Shown: positions 8,214 to 18,226, numbered from the stretch's first letter. The stretch is DNA of 27,098 nucleotides from an uncultured Syntrophales bacterium (GCA_964519135.1 CAZFJT010000001.1:1-27098); one strand, 5' to 3'. Made by a program: numbers and translations. Notes: a model not told the origin generated them from the sequence alone.

Positions 8214-10001
8214 TTGCCTGAACGTAGGATTCTAATATTGGAACAAGGCGCCAAGCTTGGTCACACCATAAAAAGCAGGTTGGAGACCAAAGGGGCCGCG
8301 TTTAGCTTTACTGAAGCCAGCTCAGTGGAAGAGGCTGAAGGCATTGTCTTTAACGAAAAAATCCACATGATTGTTGCCAACCACGACCCAAAGCAAGGAT
8401 TAAACGCCATTGATTTGATAAAAAAGATCAGAGCCAAGCAATCCACAACACATACCGTGGTCATTACCGATAAGGAATATGAAGCCGACCGGAGGGAAGC
8501 ATTATCATACGGATGTTCAGCCTATTTAACGCGACCACTGGCTGATGTTAAGCTTGGGGAATTTGTGTACAACACCCTCTCCAGGCACCAGGGATTCAGG
8601 GGCCGCGTTGTGGATATGCGGCTTGAAGATGTCATTCAAATGTTTTGCTACCGAAAGGACAGCACCCTTTTATCTGTAGTGAATGAAGAAGACAAGGGTC
8701 TGATATATGTAAATGAAGGCGGCATAGTGCATGCTGAAACAGGGGATCTTAGAGGGGTTGAGGCTTTTTATGAAATTGTTGGATGGGAGGCTGGAGAATT
8801 TCTTTCCCAAGTAACCCTGGAAGTGCCTACCCAAACGGTTTACATGGATTGGCAAAGCCTACTGATGGAGGGTATGCGTCAAAAGGACGAAATAAGGCAC
8901 GCATTGGGGCCTTACCCACAAGAGCAAGCATCCCCCCGCGCATCGTCAGCGCCAGCCGCGGGTCGAATAAAATCCAAGAAGATAATGGTTGTGGATGATT
9001 CCAGATTCATTAGAAAGATAGTTCAGGAAATACTAGAATCCGATGAGGCTCTTACAGTGGTAGGATACGCTACCAACGGCCAAGAGGCCCTGGAAAAGAT
9101 CGATGAACTCAAGCCGGATCTCATACTGCTTGATTGGGATATGCCGGTTATGAAAGGCTCCACCACACTGATGCACATAATGATAAGAAGCCCCTGTCCA
9201 GTGGTAGTTCTCAGCGGATTCGTCGGAGGAGTGGGCGCGAATCCTTTTGATTTATTGTGCCTCGGCGCGGTGGACTTTTTGAGAAAACCACAGAACAACT
9301 GGAGAAGGGACGGCAGGGCCAATGACCTTGTGCAAAGGGTTAGGGAAGCCTGTGGAATACATTTTGAGAGAATAAGGCGGGTCAGAATACCCTCCCTTCT
9401 ACCAGAAGACGAACGAGGCCGGGTATCAGGCGCCACAAGCCCATTTTTGGCTGTCATGGGCTCATCAATCGGAGGCTGTTCAGATTTGATACGAATAATT
9501 CCTTCATTAAGTCCTGGTTTAAACGCATCCATAGTTGCTCTCCATGACATGCAGGAGCAGGCTATCGGCGCGTTTGTGGATTATCTGAACAGAAGGTCCA
9601 GGACCCCGGTAAAACAGGTTGAATCAGGTGAACGTCTTATTCAGGGTGTCTGTTACATTCATCCGGCCACTATCCCCTTGGAAGCCCAAAGGGAGAATGG
9701 CCACGTCATACTCAAGGTAATAGCGGATATGCCTGAAACCAATGTCATGGATCATTTTCTTATTTCAGCGTCCAAGGTAATGGGACCCTCCATATTGGGA
9801 ATGCTTCTCTCAGGGGGGCCGGAGGAAAGGGGCGCGGATGGGCTAAGGGCCGTAAAGCAAGCCGAGGGCATTACCGCGATACAGGATCCGGATTCCAGCA
9901 TAGACCCAAGAATGGCCTCAAAAGCGGCGCTAACCGGTGTTGTTGATCACACATGGCCCGCTGACCTTGTGGCTAGATCTTTGGAAAAAATAATTGATTA
10001 A
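8214..10001 (+). CDS. Pseudo-receiver / DUF4388 / receiver / CheB-like esterase fusion, probably catalytically dead
   Basis: aa ~1-122: degenerate REC (LEQ, N56, TRP). aa ~127-227: DUF4388. aa ~255-380: intact REC (VVDDS, D307, KP). aa ~410-595: CheB fold (GSSIGG, LHDMQ, LSGGPEERGADG, QDPDSS). TTG start with GGGAG SD. Confidence 0.85.
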   Translation: MPERRILILEQGAKLGHTIKSRLETKGAAFSFTEASSVEEAEGIVFNEKIHMIVANHDPKQGLNAIDLIKKIRAKQSTTHTVVITDKEYEADRREALSYGCSAYLTRPLADVKLGEFVYNTLSRHQGFRGRVVDMRLEDVIQMFCYRKDSTLLSVVNEEDKGLIYVNEGGIVHAETGDLRGVEAFYEIVGWEAGEFLSQVTLEVPTQTVYMDWQSLLMEGMRQKDEIRHALGPYPQEQASPRASSAPAAGRIKSKKIMVVDDSRFIRKIVQEILESDEALTVVGYATNGQEALEKIDELKPDLILLDWDMPVMKGSTTLMHIMIRSPCPVVVLSGFVGGVGANPFDLLCLGAVDFLRKPQNNWRRDGRANDLVQRVREACGIHFERIRRVRIPSLLPEDERGRVSGATSPFLAVMGSSIGGCSDLIRIIPSLSPGLNASIVALHDMQEQAIGAFVDYLNRRSRTPVKQVESGERLIQGVCYIHPATIPLEAQRENGHVILKVIADMPETNVMDHFLISASKVMGPSILGMLLSGGPEERGADGLRAVKQAEGITAIQDPDSSIDPRMASKAALTGVVDHTWPADLVARSLEKIID

Positions 10002-10051
10002 AATGGAGACATCACGGTGGAAAGTCGTCCAAACAAGACAGGAGAGTAACC

Positions 10052-10594
10052 ATGAACGGCAATAATAACCCCCAACTAGGCTCAGGAGATGTTGCTGAAA
10101 TTGCGCAAATGATAAGTTTCTCCATCGGCTCTGAGCAATTCGGCCTAAATATCTTGATGGTTAAGGAAATCATCATGATCCCGGAAATTACGGAGATCCC
10201 GAACTCTCCTGATTTTGTGGAGGGGGTTATTAATCTGCGCGGTGAGATAATGCCTGTTCTGGATCTCAGGAAGAGATTAAGGCTCAGGGGTGTGCAGACC
10301 GAAGCCAAAAGGGGCCCGGGCAACCGTATTCTGGTTGTGGAAATAGAAGGCAACATTACTGGTTTTATAGTGGATTCAGTATCAAAGGTCCTTTCAGTTC
10401 CTATGAACAAGGTATTTCCACCTCCGGACATAATAGTTGGAGGTGTCCAGAGCCAGTACATCAGCGGAGTGGTGCACTTGGACGACAGAATTCTAGTTAT
10501 TCTGGATTTTGGAAAGATTCTTTCCCATGATGAGAAAGATGTGCTGGAAAGGGTTCCCAGACTAGCGCCTGAACAGGTGGGCGGCGCGTTGTAA
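10052..10594 (+). CDS. cheW: Chemotaxis coupling protein CheW
   Basis: ITEIPNSPDFVEGVINLRGEIMPVLDLRKRL; GFIVDSVSKV. Confidence 0.95.
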   Translation: MNGNNNPQLGSGDVAEIAQMISFSIGSEQFGLNILMVKEIIMIPEITEIPNSPDFVEGVINLRGEIMPVLDLRKRLRLRGVQTEAKRGPGNRILVVEIEGNITGFIVDSVSKVLSVPMNKVFPPPDIIVGGVQSQYISGVVHLDDRILVILDFGKILSHDEKDVLERVPRLAPEQVGGAL

Positions 10595-10702
10595 ATATAC
10601 GTAGCAATTATAGTATACAGGTGAATCAGTGAACCAAACAGGAAAACATGCGGTTAGTCCGCTAGCAATCTATACTTTCGACGAATCCCAGGAGGAATGG
10701 CA

Positions 10703-13129
10703 ATGGCGTTCTCATTTAAGAACATCTTCGGAAGAATAGGGTTCGGTAGAACTCTTAGGAACAAGCTCCTTGTAGCTTTTCTCTTACTCTCACTAATCCC
10801 TTTTGGAATCGCCGCTTATATGGCGTACTATTACATCCAGGACGTTGCCGAGAATCAGGCGTACAGTCAGATGCAGCGTATGTCCCAGGACGCTTTGCAC
10901 ACTGCGAACGTTTATATGAACGAACGTGTGGCTGACCAGTTGGTGTGGTCTGAGCTCAGGGTTGTCAAGGAAGCCCTTGATGTTGCAGAGGTAAGGGAGG
11001 ACGCCACTGAAACCCTGAAAGAGCTCGTCAAGTACTATGGTTCCTATGAAGCTATTATGGTGCTCAATAATAAGGGCACGTGCGTTGTGTCGAGCTGGCC
11101 TGGATTCGTTGGTCAGAGCTTCGGTAAAGACCCTCTTTTTAGGGGTCCAACAAAGGGGCAAAACTATGTAAGTGGGTTCCAGGTAGATAAAAGGATCAGG
11201 AAGATCAACCCAAAGGGTCAAGGTTTTACACTTGTCTTCTCAGTTCCCATTAAGATTGGAGGCAAGGTATCAGGTGTTGTGGCCTCCTTCTTTAAATGGT
11301 CGGCCCTTACGGAGATCCTTGACGAATTTAGACTGGGAAAGACCGGCCACGTTGGTGTTATTAATAAAGACTTGAAATATATTTATTATCCTAGAGATAT
11401 CGATCCTGGTCTTCTCTTAAAAACAGTTGGATCTAAAGGCCGTACAGCACTCCGAGACGCCATTAGGAACAAGCAGCACTCTTTTACTTATTCCAGGAAA
11501 GATCCTAAAACGGGGGTTCCAACTACAAGAATCGCTGATATTGAGTACGCGACTACAAAATACAAGAACTTTCCGGCCACAGGATGGTTCGTTTACGCTT
11601 CCGCGGATAGATCTCAGATTCTCTCCGCCCTACCTGGGGTTATTCGAAACCTTGCAATAGTCGCGGCGGTTATTTTGGCCTTGGTTGTTATAGCCACATT
11701 CTTCATCGCTGGAACCATTTCCCGGCCAATCACAGGTTTGGCCAATGTTATGGCCCAGGTTGACGAAAACTTGGATCTTACAATCAGGGCGCCTGTGACC
11801 ACACAGGATGAAACCGGTCAGACAGCCGAGACGTTCAACCGTCTTCTGGAGAACTTCCAGAATTCATTTACGTCGGTTCTTGATGCGGTTGTCAGGGTCC
11901 GGGAGTCTTCTTCTGAGGTTAATGAGGTTACCCAAAGGATCGTTGTTAACGCGACAGCCCAGTCAGAGCGTGCAAGGAACGTGCTCGACAGGGTCGGCGC
12001 GATGGGTGAAACAGCCCAGGAGGTCTCTTCAAACGCTCAGGAGACCCAGAGAGCAGCGTCCGACACGGATGAACGCATGAGGATAACCACCTCTAATATT
12101 GAAAGTGTCGCTGAAAGGTCAAGGGTCCAGCTTGAGCATTCCACTGAAACAGCAAATATTATCGATCAAATGGGTGAAACAGCCAGGGCGGTTGCTGAAA
12201 GGGCCAATGACCAGGCCGAGGCCGCCCGTGTTACAACTGAAGCCGTTTCCCGTATTGCCCAGGAAATTCAGGAAGTGGCCAGAGGCGCGGATGAAGCGAA
12301 TCAGCAATCGGCTCTCACCGACCGTTTTGCCCGTGAGGGTGGAGAGGCCGTCGACCAGGTGGTTGGCGGTATGAGGAGTATCGCTGAAGCGTCTGAACAG
12401 ATCAACGAAATCATGGACGTTATTTCGTCAATTGCCGAGCAAACGAACTTGCTGGCCTTGAACGCAGCTATTGAGGCGGCAAGGGCCGGTGAACACGGTA
12501 AAGGTTTTGCGGTTGTTGCGGACGAAGTTAGAAAGCTCGCTGAGAGAACCGCTGAATCAACCAACGAGATTGGAGAGCTCATTCGAGAAAGTAACCGACG
12601 TGTTGAGGAAGGAGAACGACTGTCCGCGATGAGCCGTGACGCTCTTACCCAAATTCAGGACGGTGTTGTGAAGACCAATGAGCTCATCTCCAGTATTACC
12701 GAGGGAACGGTCAGGCAAACCCAGGAAATTGGCGATGTGCAGAGGGCCATGGACAGGATGACACAGCTTGCCCAGGAAATTCTCAAGCTTACGGATGAGC
12801 AGGCCAGCAGAAGGGTCCAGGCCGCTGAATCTATGACCACGGTGCGTGAGGAGGCCATGACGGTTACCCAATCCGCTGAACAAGAGGTTGTTACAGCGGC
12901 GGCGGTTGCCGAATCCATGATCGGGGTTACAGAGCGAGCCGAAAATATCGCTAAACTCACTGGATTGCAGACTGAGCGTTCAGCGATTCTCAGACAGATT
13001 ATGGCTGAAATGTCCGAAACAGCGGCCGCTAACGCAGAGGGCGCAGCAGGGGCTTCTGATACTACATTGAAACTTGCTAATGTTGCTGAAGAGCTCGCCC
13101 AGCTCGTTGAGCAATTCAAAATTCAGTAG
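10703..13129 (+). CDS. Methyl-accepting chemotaxis-family receptor: TM-dCache-like-TM-HAMP-extended signalling domain
   Basis: Two TM helices and HAMP ([13 protein letters not shown]); tip [44 protein letters not shown] is 7 nt before ATG 10703. Residue numbers elsewhere count from the track start 10697. Confidence 0.95.
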   Translation: MAFSFKNIFGRIGFGRTLRNKLLVAFLLLSLIPFGIAAYMAYYYIQDVAENQAYSQMQRMSQDALHTANVYMNERVADQLVWSELRVVKEALDVAEVREDATETLKELVKYYGSYEAIMVLNNKGTCVVSSWPGFVGQSFGKDPLFRGPTKGQNYVSGFQVDKRIRKINPKGQGFTLVFSVPIKIGGKVSGVVASFFKWSALTEILDEFRLGKTGHVGVINKDLKYIYYPRDIDPGLLLKTVGSKGRTALRDAIRNKQHSFTYSRKDPKTGVPTTRIADIEYATTKYKNFPATGWFVYASADRSQILSALPGVIRNLAIVAAVILALVVIATFFIAGTISRPITGLANVMAQVDENLDLTIRAPVTTQDETGQTAETFNRLLENFQNSFTSVLDAVVRVRESSSEVNEVTQRIVVNATAQSERARNVLDRVGAMGETAQEVSSNAQETQRAASDTDERMRITTSNIESVAERSRVQLEHSTETANIIDQMGETARAVAERANDQAEAARVTTEAVSRIAQEIQEVARGADEANQQSALTDRFAREGGEAVDQVVGGMRSIAEASEQINEIMDVISSIAEQTNLLALNAAIEAARAGEHGKGFAVVADEVRKLAERTAESTNEIGELIRESNRRVEEGERLSAMSRDALTQIQDGVVKTNELISSITEGTVRQTQEIGDVQRAMDRMTQLAQEILKLTDEQASRRVQAAESMTTVREEAMTVTQSAEQEVVTAAAVAESMIGVTERAENIAKLTGLQTERSAILRQIMAEMSETAAANAEGAAGASDTTLKLANVAEELAQLVEQFKIQ
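12002..12184 (+). repeat. Exact 15-bp repeat within the MCP, 168 nt (8 heptads) apart
   Basis: ATGGGTGAAACAGCC at 12002-12016 and 12170-12184 (MGETA twice). Confidence 0.85.
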
Positions 13130-13186
13130 CGCGCTTTTGTTTAATTGGAGCTCTGGAGTGCGCATATCAGGGTAATGAGGTGAACA

Positions 13187-13546
13187 ATGGGCGTGAGGGT
13201 CCTAGTGGTTGATGATTCTGGTTTTATGAGGAAACGGGTTTGTGAGCAACTTGAAGCTCAAGGTCACTCCGTGATCGGAGAGGCCAAGGGTGGAAATGAA
13301 GCTGTTGAAATGTTCAAGACGCTCAAACCCGACCTTATAACCATGGATATTACCATGCGTGATAAAGATGGAATCACAGCGGCAAAAGAGATTATGGAAT
13401 TGGATCCTCAGGCCAAAATCCTTTTTCTGACCATACTCAAGGATGAGAAATATAAAGCCGAAGCAAAAGATATAGGCGCCATCGGTTTTTTGAACAAAAC
13501 CGATCAGAACTCTATTGCAGAGGTTCTTAAGGGTTTAGACATATAG
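13187..13546 (+). CDS. cheY: Single-domain response regulator, CheY-like
   Basis: VVDDSGFMR, PDLITMD(54)ITM, FLT and LNK; GAGGTG SD; lies in a che cluster. Confidence 0.88.
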   Translation: MGVRVLVVDDSGFMRKRVCEQLEAQGHSVIGEAKGGNEAVEMFKTLKPDLITMDITMRDKDGITAAKEIMELDPQAKILFLTILKDEKYKAEAKDIGAIGFLNKTDQNSIAEVLKGLDI

Positions 13547-13780
13547 TTACACGACTGCTTCAGGGAGGCGAATCATTACTGAAAAGGGCTGCGCGGTCAA
13601 TGTGAGAAGGATTTGAATGGACAGAAGTGTACGCGCGCTGCTTGACGCTAAATGAACAGCAATCTTTATACGCCGGGTCAATCTGAATTTACAAGTTACT
13701 TGGCGCGCATAACCGAGAAGGACAGGGCGGACAATTAGCTCTAACAAAGGCCCAACAAAAAGGTTCAACTAGGACTGATA

Positions 13781-14542
13781 ATGGCCCCAAATCAAAGCGC
13801 CACTAGGGATGTAAGAGGTTCAAACGCTTTGTCTTCGAACAGGAGAGAAGGGAGCGCCAATGGACGCGCCTCAGTCTTGTTCCAAAAATCCTGGGCGCAT
13901 AAGTTAATTCCGATTGCATTGGCTCTTGCGGCAATAGTGGCCATCGGAATCACAACAAAGGTGGTCTGGGACCTTAACTTGAAGGGTCAGGCGTACCGAG
14001 GTATTTCGGCCTCCAAATCAGTTGAGCCGGGAACAAACACAGAACACATAGTAGCAGCGCCCATAGTAAATGGAATAGGAGTATACCAAAAAGCATTGGG
14101 GTCTTTTAGGCGAGGCCTGTATCTGATAATGGCCACAATCGCGATATCTTTTATAAGTATTCTGGCGCTCTTTATAAGCAAATTCGTTGTTCCCTTGAAC
14201 ACCATATCTAATGTGGTCCGGACAATGGCCGACGGAGATCTTACAATATCCGCGCCTGAAAAACTGCCTGATGACATGAGGTCTTTAGGCAAAGGATTGA
14301 ATGATTTGGCGGCCAACTTTCAGGAAGTCTTGCTTTTTACCGGAACCATGTGTGGAAACTTAAAATCTGAACTGGCTGCGCTGGAAGCTGATTTGTCAAG
14401 TGAAAACAGCACACTTGACCCGGAACAAATAAAAGCCGAGATTGCCGGACTTAGATCTGAGATAGAAATACTCTCTGAAATGGTTGAACAGTTCAAATAT
14501 TATCAGGTGGAATTTGATGGCAGTGAAGTTAAACCCAAATGA
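13781..14542 (+). CDS. Two-TM HAMP protein, MCP-like but without the signalling hairpin
   Basis: TM1, short loop, TM2, HAMP (PLNTISNVVRTMADGDLT...DDMRSLGKGLNDL), short coiled coil ending LSEMVEQFK like the MCP's LAQLVEQFK. Confidence 0.8.
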   Translation: MAPNQSATRDVRGSNALSSNRREGSANGRASVLFQKSWAHKLIPIALALAAIVAIGITTKVVWDLNLKGQAYRGISASKSVEPGTNTEHIVAAPIVNGIGVYQKALGSFRRGLYLIMATIAISFISILALFISKFVVPLNTISNVVRTMADGDLTISAPEKLPDDMRSLGKGLNDLAANFQEVLLFTGTMCGNLKSELAALEADLSSENSTLDPEQIKAEIAGLRSEIEILSEMVEQFKYYQVEFDGSEVKPK

Positions 14543-14688
14543 AATGCGCATTCTCCATGGACGGCTATCTGGTATTCATTGAGGCCGCGCCAATAATATC
14601 GTAAGGACGTTTCTGCCTTGGCATAAGATTCTCTGAGTCTTTAGGATTAAGGTCCATATGAAAAAGTCCCATTTAAGGGGAATTAAAG

Positions 14689-17600
14689 ATGATAGACATC
14701 GAACTCCTGGAAGATTACACCACTGAGGCGCGAGAAGTTTTAGACGACCTGGACGCCAACCTCATTCGTTTAGAGCAGGAGGGCGCCACCCAGGAAACCC
14801 TCAATAATGTTTTTCGGGCGGCCCACTCAATAAAAGGCTCGGCAGAGTACATCGGACTGGATCGTTCCAGCGCCCTGACCCATGGTGTTGAAACATTACT
14901 GGATCTATTACGGGAAGGAATGTTGGAAGTTACTCAGGAAGTGGTGGAATTCCTTTTTAAGGCCAAAGACTGTATATCCGCTCTGGTGGACGAGGTAGCA
15001 AGAGATCACGAGGAAAAAACAGATATATCCGGTCTTTTATCAGAGCTTGAAATACTGGTAAGCAAGTCTGATAAATCATCAGAAGTTTCGGAGATTACGG
15101 CGATAATAGAAGAGGCTGTGCAGGAGCGGCCAGAACCGGCTGAACAGGATCTCATTGAAGGACATGATGAAGAGCTGGAAACCCAAGGGCCGCAGGAAGA
15201 AGATCTCGAAGCGGACTTCATGCAACCTGAGGCTTTTTTCTCTGAATCGGACCGAGAGGAACTCGGAACTGCTCTCAATCAAATAGTAGAGTCTGATAGG
15301 GAATCCGAGCCGGATCAGTCTGCGATTCCAGCCACAGAAGACCTGGTTGAAAGACCTTATCCGGAAGATGATGATGAAACACCAACCGGGGAATTGGACG
15401 CAGGGACCACACTGGAAGAGACGGTTCCTCACCTGCTCAATCTATCATTGTACCTGGATGATCTGGCCGATGGCATCGCCATAGAGGAAGCGCTAACCTC
15501 CTTTTCTGAAACCGTTTCAAGATTGACCAGATCAATGGAGTTCCTGCAGATCCCTGAGGCTGTTACCATATTGGAATCATTGGAAGCTTCGGTAAATTCA
15601 TTGGATCTGGTTGATCAAAAGGTCAGTGATGATGAAATATCACGTTTGAGATTGCAATTACATGATCTTAGACCCTGCTATCCAGCGGATATATTTCCAT
15701 GGCCCGAATCTGAGGATGAACACACCCAGGAGGAGCCCACCGAGGACTTTGTAAAAAGGGATTTCTACTTACAATTGGAAAGTATCAAAGGTCTTGATCC
15801 GGGATTCTACGATAACCTGTACGACGCGGGTTTCACTTCTATTGCACAGTTGGCGGGCTCGTCCTTCAGTTCACTCTCTAACCTCCCGGGCATGACGGAT
15901 CAAGCCGCTGAAGCGATAATCTCCGCGCTCAAACCTGAACCTGTTCCAAAGAAGAAGGTCCCCGCCCGCGCGCCTGCCGCTCCTAAATCCATGCTCGCTG
16001 ATGTGGATGATGATCTTTTGAGCGAATTTGAGGGTATGTTTCAAGATGTGGAATCAGCTAAGGGTCAGGGCAAGTCCATTGGGGAATTGGACCCATCAGA
16101 TGAGCTGTTTGTTGATATCCAGGCTATTGGAGAAGATACGGACAAGGAAATAATGGAGATCTTCCTATCATATGGATGGGAAATAGTAGATAAGATCCAT
16201 GCAATTGTGGACAAGGTGAAAAAAGGCAAGACCGAGCAGAGCGACCTGCTGGCCTGCGCGGACCTGGTGAAATCGATTAAATCCTCTTCCACTTATATGG
16301 ATTTTCAGAATCTTGCCCTATTCCTGGACGATTGGTACGAACGATCCCTTTGGGCGGCTGAAAGGGTTGAATCGTTAACTGAAGAAGAGCTTAATTTCAT
16401 CCCAAAGGTATTTGATCGTTTTGAGAAATTTCTCCATGCTTTAGAAGGGGCCATGAAGCCTGAGACCAAAGCCCCAATTAAACAGAAGCCCCCAGAGCCT
16501 GCGCCGCGCCCAACAAAGGAAGCCCGGAAGACCAGACCTGAAGAACCAATGCGCAAGCAAGCCGAATACGAGCCTATCCAGGAAACAACCAAGCACCCAA
16601 AGGCGCCTGAAATCGAAGAGGCGCCGCCCCAGGCCGACGCTGCTGCAACCAAGCCCAAGGCGCCCATGACGGAAACATTTGAAGTGGAGATGGTTTCAGA
16701 TAAGACGTCCACTGCAAAGGCGGAAGCTCCCGGCGGGCCTGTTGGTCAATTTGAAGGAGACGTTTCCCTTACAAGGGATTCCTCTGCTGAAAGTCCTGTT
16801 GTCAGGACTATGCGTGTGGATTCTTCAAAGGTTGATTTACTCCTGAACCAGGTAGGAGAACTAGTTGTTAACAGGTCATATGTGGAGCAGTTGTCCAATG
16901 AGCTCAAGCTATTCCAAAGGGAAATTGCCGCAGCCACAAAAGTGGGTAAAGATGAGTCTGTGGCGATTCGTGACATCACCACAAAGTTGGGAGAAGCCGC
17001 GTTGTCCCTTGGTCGTGTGGCGACGGACATACAAGAAGGGGTTATGAAATTGAGGATGTTGCCGGTGGGGCAACTCTTCAACAGAATGCCCAGACTGATT
17101 CGCGATCTTTCCAGACGAATGGGCAAGAATATCTCGTTACATGTCATGGGTGGAGACACCGAGGTGGATAAACGGGTAATAGAGCAGGTTTATAATCCTC
17201 TGGTCCATTTGATACGCAACGCGGTGGATCACGGAATAGAAGACAAGGAATCCAGGCTCAAACTCGGTAAAAAAGAAGAGGGTAATATAACGCTCAACGC
17301 CTACTCCCAAGGCAACCACGTGGTTATTGACGTTGAGGATGATGGTGGTGGGATAAACACCAAAGCTGTTCTTAACAGGGCCGTGGAGAACAGGCTTTTG
17401 GACGCGGGCGAGGCCAAGCGACTAAGCCCGGAAGAAACGTACAACTTCCTATTCGTTCCAGGATTCTCGACAAGTAACAAGGTTACGAGAACATCCGGCA
17501 GGGGAGTGGGAATGGATGTTGTAAAAAAGGACGTGGAGAAGATAAGCGGACATGTTGAGGTACAGTCAAGAGAGAACCAAGGAACAAAAGTCTCCATAAA

Positions 17601-18102
17601 GATCCCCCTGACCCTTGCCATTATTCAAGCCCTCCTGGTTAGGTCCGGCAAGCACTGCTTTGCCATACCTTTGACCTCAGTGAGGGAAATCGTTCAGATC
17701 ATGCCCCATGAAATAACCACCATAGAGGGCTTTGAGGTGATCAGGTTCCGTGAAGACACAGTGCCGATACTCAGACTTGGGGATATTTTCAACATTGATG
17801 TGGATCCAAGGTTGGAGAATGAAGGATTCCTGATTTTGGCCAGCGCGGGTCTTAAGACCATCGGATTCCTTGTACAAGGCCTTATTGGTGAACAGGACGT
17901 GGTGATAAAGCCTTTGGCGGAGCATGTGTTCAAAAGCAGAGGGTTGGCTGGATCCACTATTCTTGGTGACGGCACAATAGCCCTTGTGATGGACGTGGCC
18001 GAAATAGTGGATGACGTAATAGCCTCTAAGCGAAGGATGATAGCCATGCAATCCAATGGGTATAACCAATCTATCCTTGATGAGGGAAGGCCGGAAGCCT
18101 GA
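14689..18102 (+). CDS. cheA: Chemotaxis histidine kinase CheA, 1137 aa, with expanded N-terminal half
   Basis: P1 FRAAH(46)SIKG; P3 RVDSSKVDLLLNQVGELVV; P4 HLIRNAVDHGIE, DDGGG, FVPGFST, SGRGVGMDVV; C-terminal P5/CheW domain. Confidence 0.96.
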   Translation: MIDIELLEDYTTEAREVLDDLDANLIRLEQEGATQETLNNVFRAAHSIKGSAEYIGLDRSSALTHGVETLLDLLREGMLEVTQEVVEFLFKAKDCISALVDEVARDHEEKTDISGLLSELEILVSKSDKSSEVSEITAIIEEAVQERPEPAEQDLIEGHDEELETQGPQEEDLEADFMQPEAFFSESDREELGTALNQIVESDRESEPDQSAIPATEDLVERPYPEDDDETPTGELDAGTTLEETVPHLLNLSLYLDDLADGIAIEEALTSFSETVSRLTRSMEFLQIPEAVTILESLEASVNSLDLVDQKVSDDEISRLRLQLHDLRPCYPADIFPWPESEDEHTQEEPTEDFVKRDFYLQLESIKGLDPGFYDNLYDAGFTSIAQLAGSSFSSLSNLPGMTDQAAEAIISALKPEPVPKKKVPARAPAAPKSMLADVDDDLLSEFEGMFQDVESAKGQGKSIGELDPSDELFVDIQAIGEDTDKEIMEIFLSYGWEIVDKIHAIVDKVKKGKTEQSDLLACADLVKSIKSSSTYMDFQNLALFLDDWYERSLWAAERVESLTEEELNFIPKVFDRFEKFLHALEGAMKPETKAPIKQKPPEPAPRPTKEARKTRPEEPMRKQAEYEPIQETTKHPKAPEIEEAPPQADAAATKPKAPMTETFEVEMVSDKTSTAKAEAPGGPVGQFEGDVSLTRDSSAESPVVRTMRVDSSKVDLLLNQVGELVVNRSYVEQLSNELKLFQREIAAATKVGKDESVAIRDITTKLGEAALSLGRVATDIQEGVMKLRMLPVGQLFNRMPRLIRDLSRRMGKNISLHVMGGDTEVDKRVIEQVYNPLVHLIRNAVDHGIEDKESRLKLGKKEEGNITLNAYSQGNHVVIDVEDDGGGINTKAVLNRAVENRLLDAGEAKRLSPEETYNFLFVPGFSTSNKVTRTSGRGVGMDVVKKDVEKISGHVEVQSRENQGTKVSIKIPLTLAIIQALLVRSGKHCFAIPLTSVREIVQIMPHEITTIEGFEVIRFREDTVPILRLGDIFNIDVDPRLENEGFLILASAGLKTIGFLVQGLIGEQDVVIKPLAEHVFKSRGLAGSTILGDGTIALVMDVAEIVDDVIASKRRMIAMQSNGYNQSILDEGRPEA

Positions 18103-18226
18103 AAAGACGCTATATGTTTAATGGGGAGCTGACTTTTAAACCGGTTTGTACCATAACCACAGCCAGTTATACTCTTGATATTATTAGGCGACAATAAGGG
18201 CAAAACCGGCAAGGAGTAGTCAATAC

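Noticed and set aside
13547-13780. 73-aa minus ORF and short plus ORFs (12 and 28 codons) between cheY and the mini-receptor
   Set aside because: No recognisable motif. The minus ORF is antisense to the operon, and the gap is too short for a cheR.
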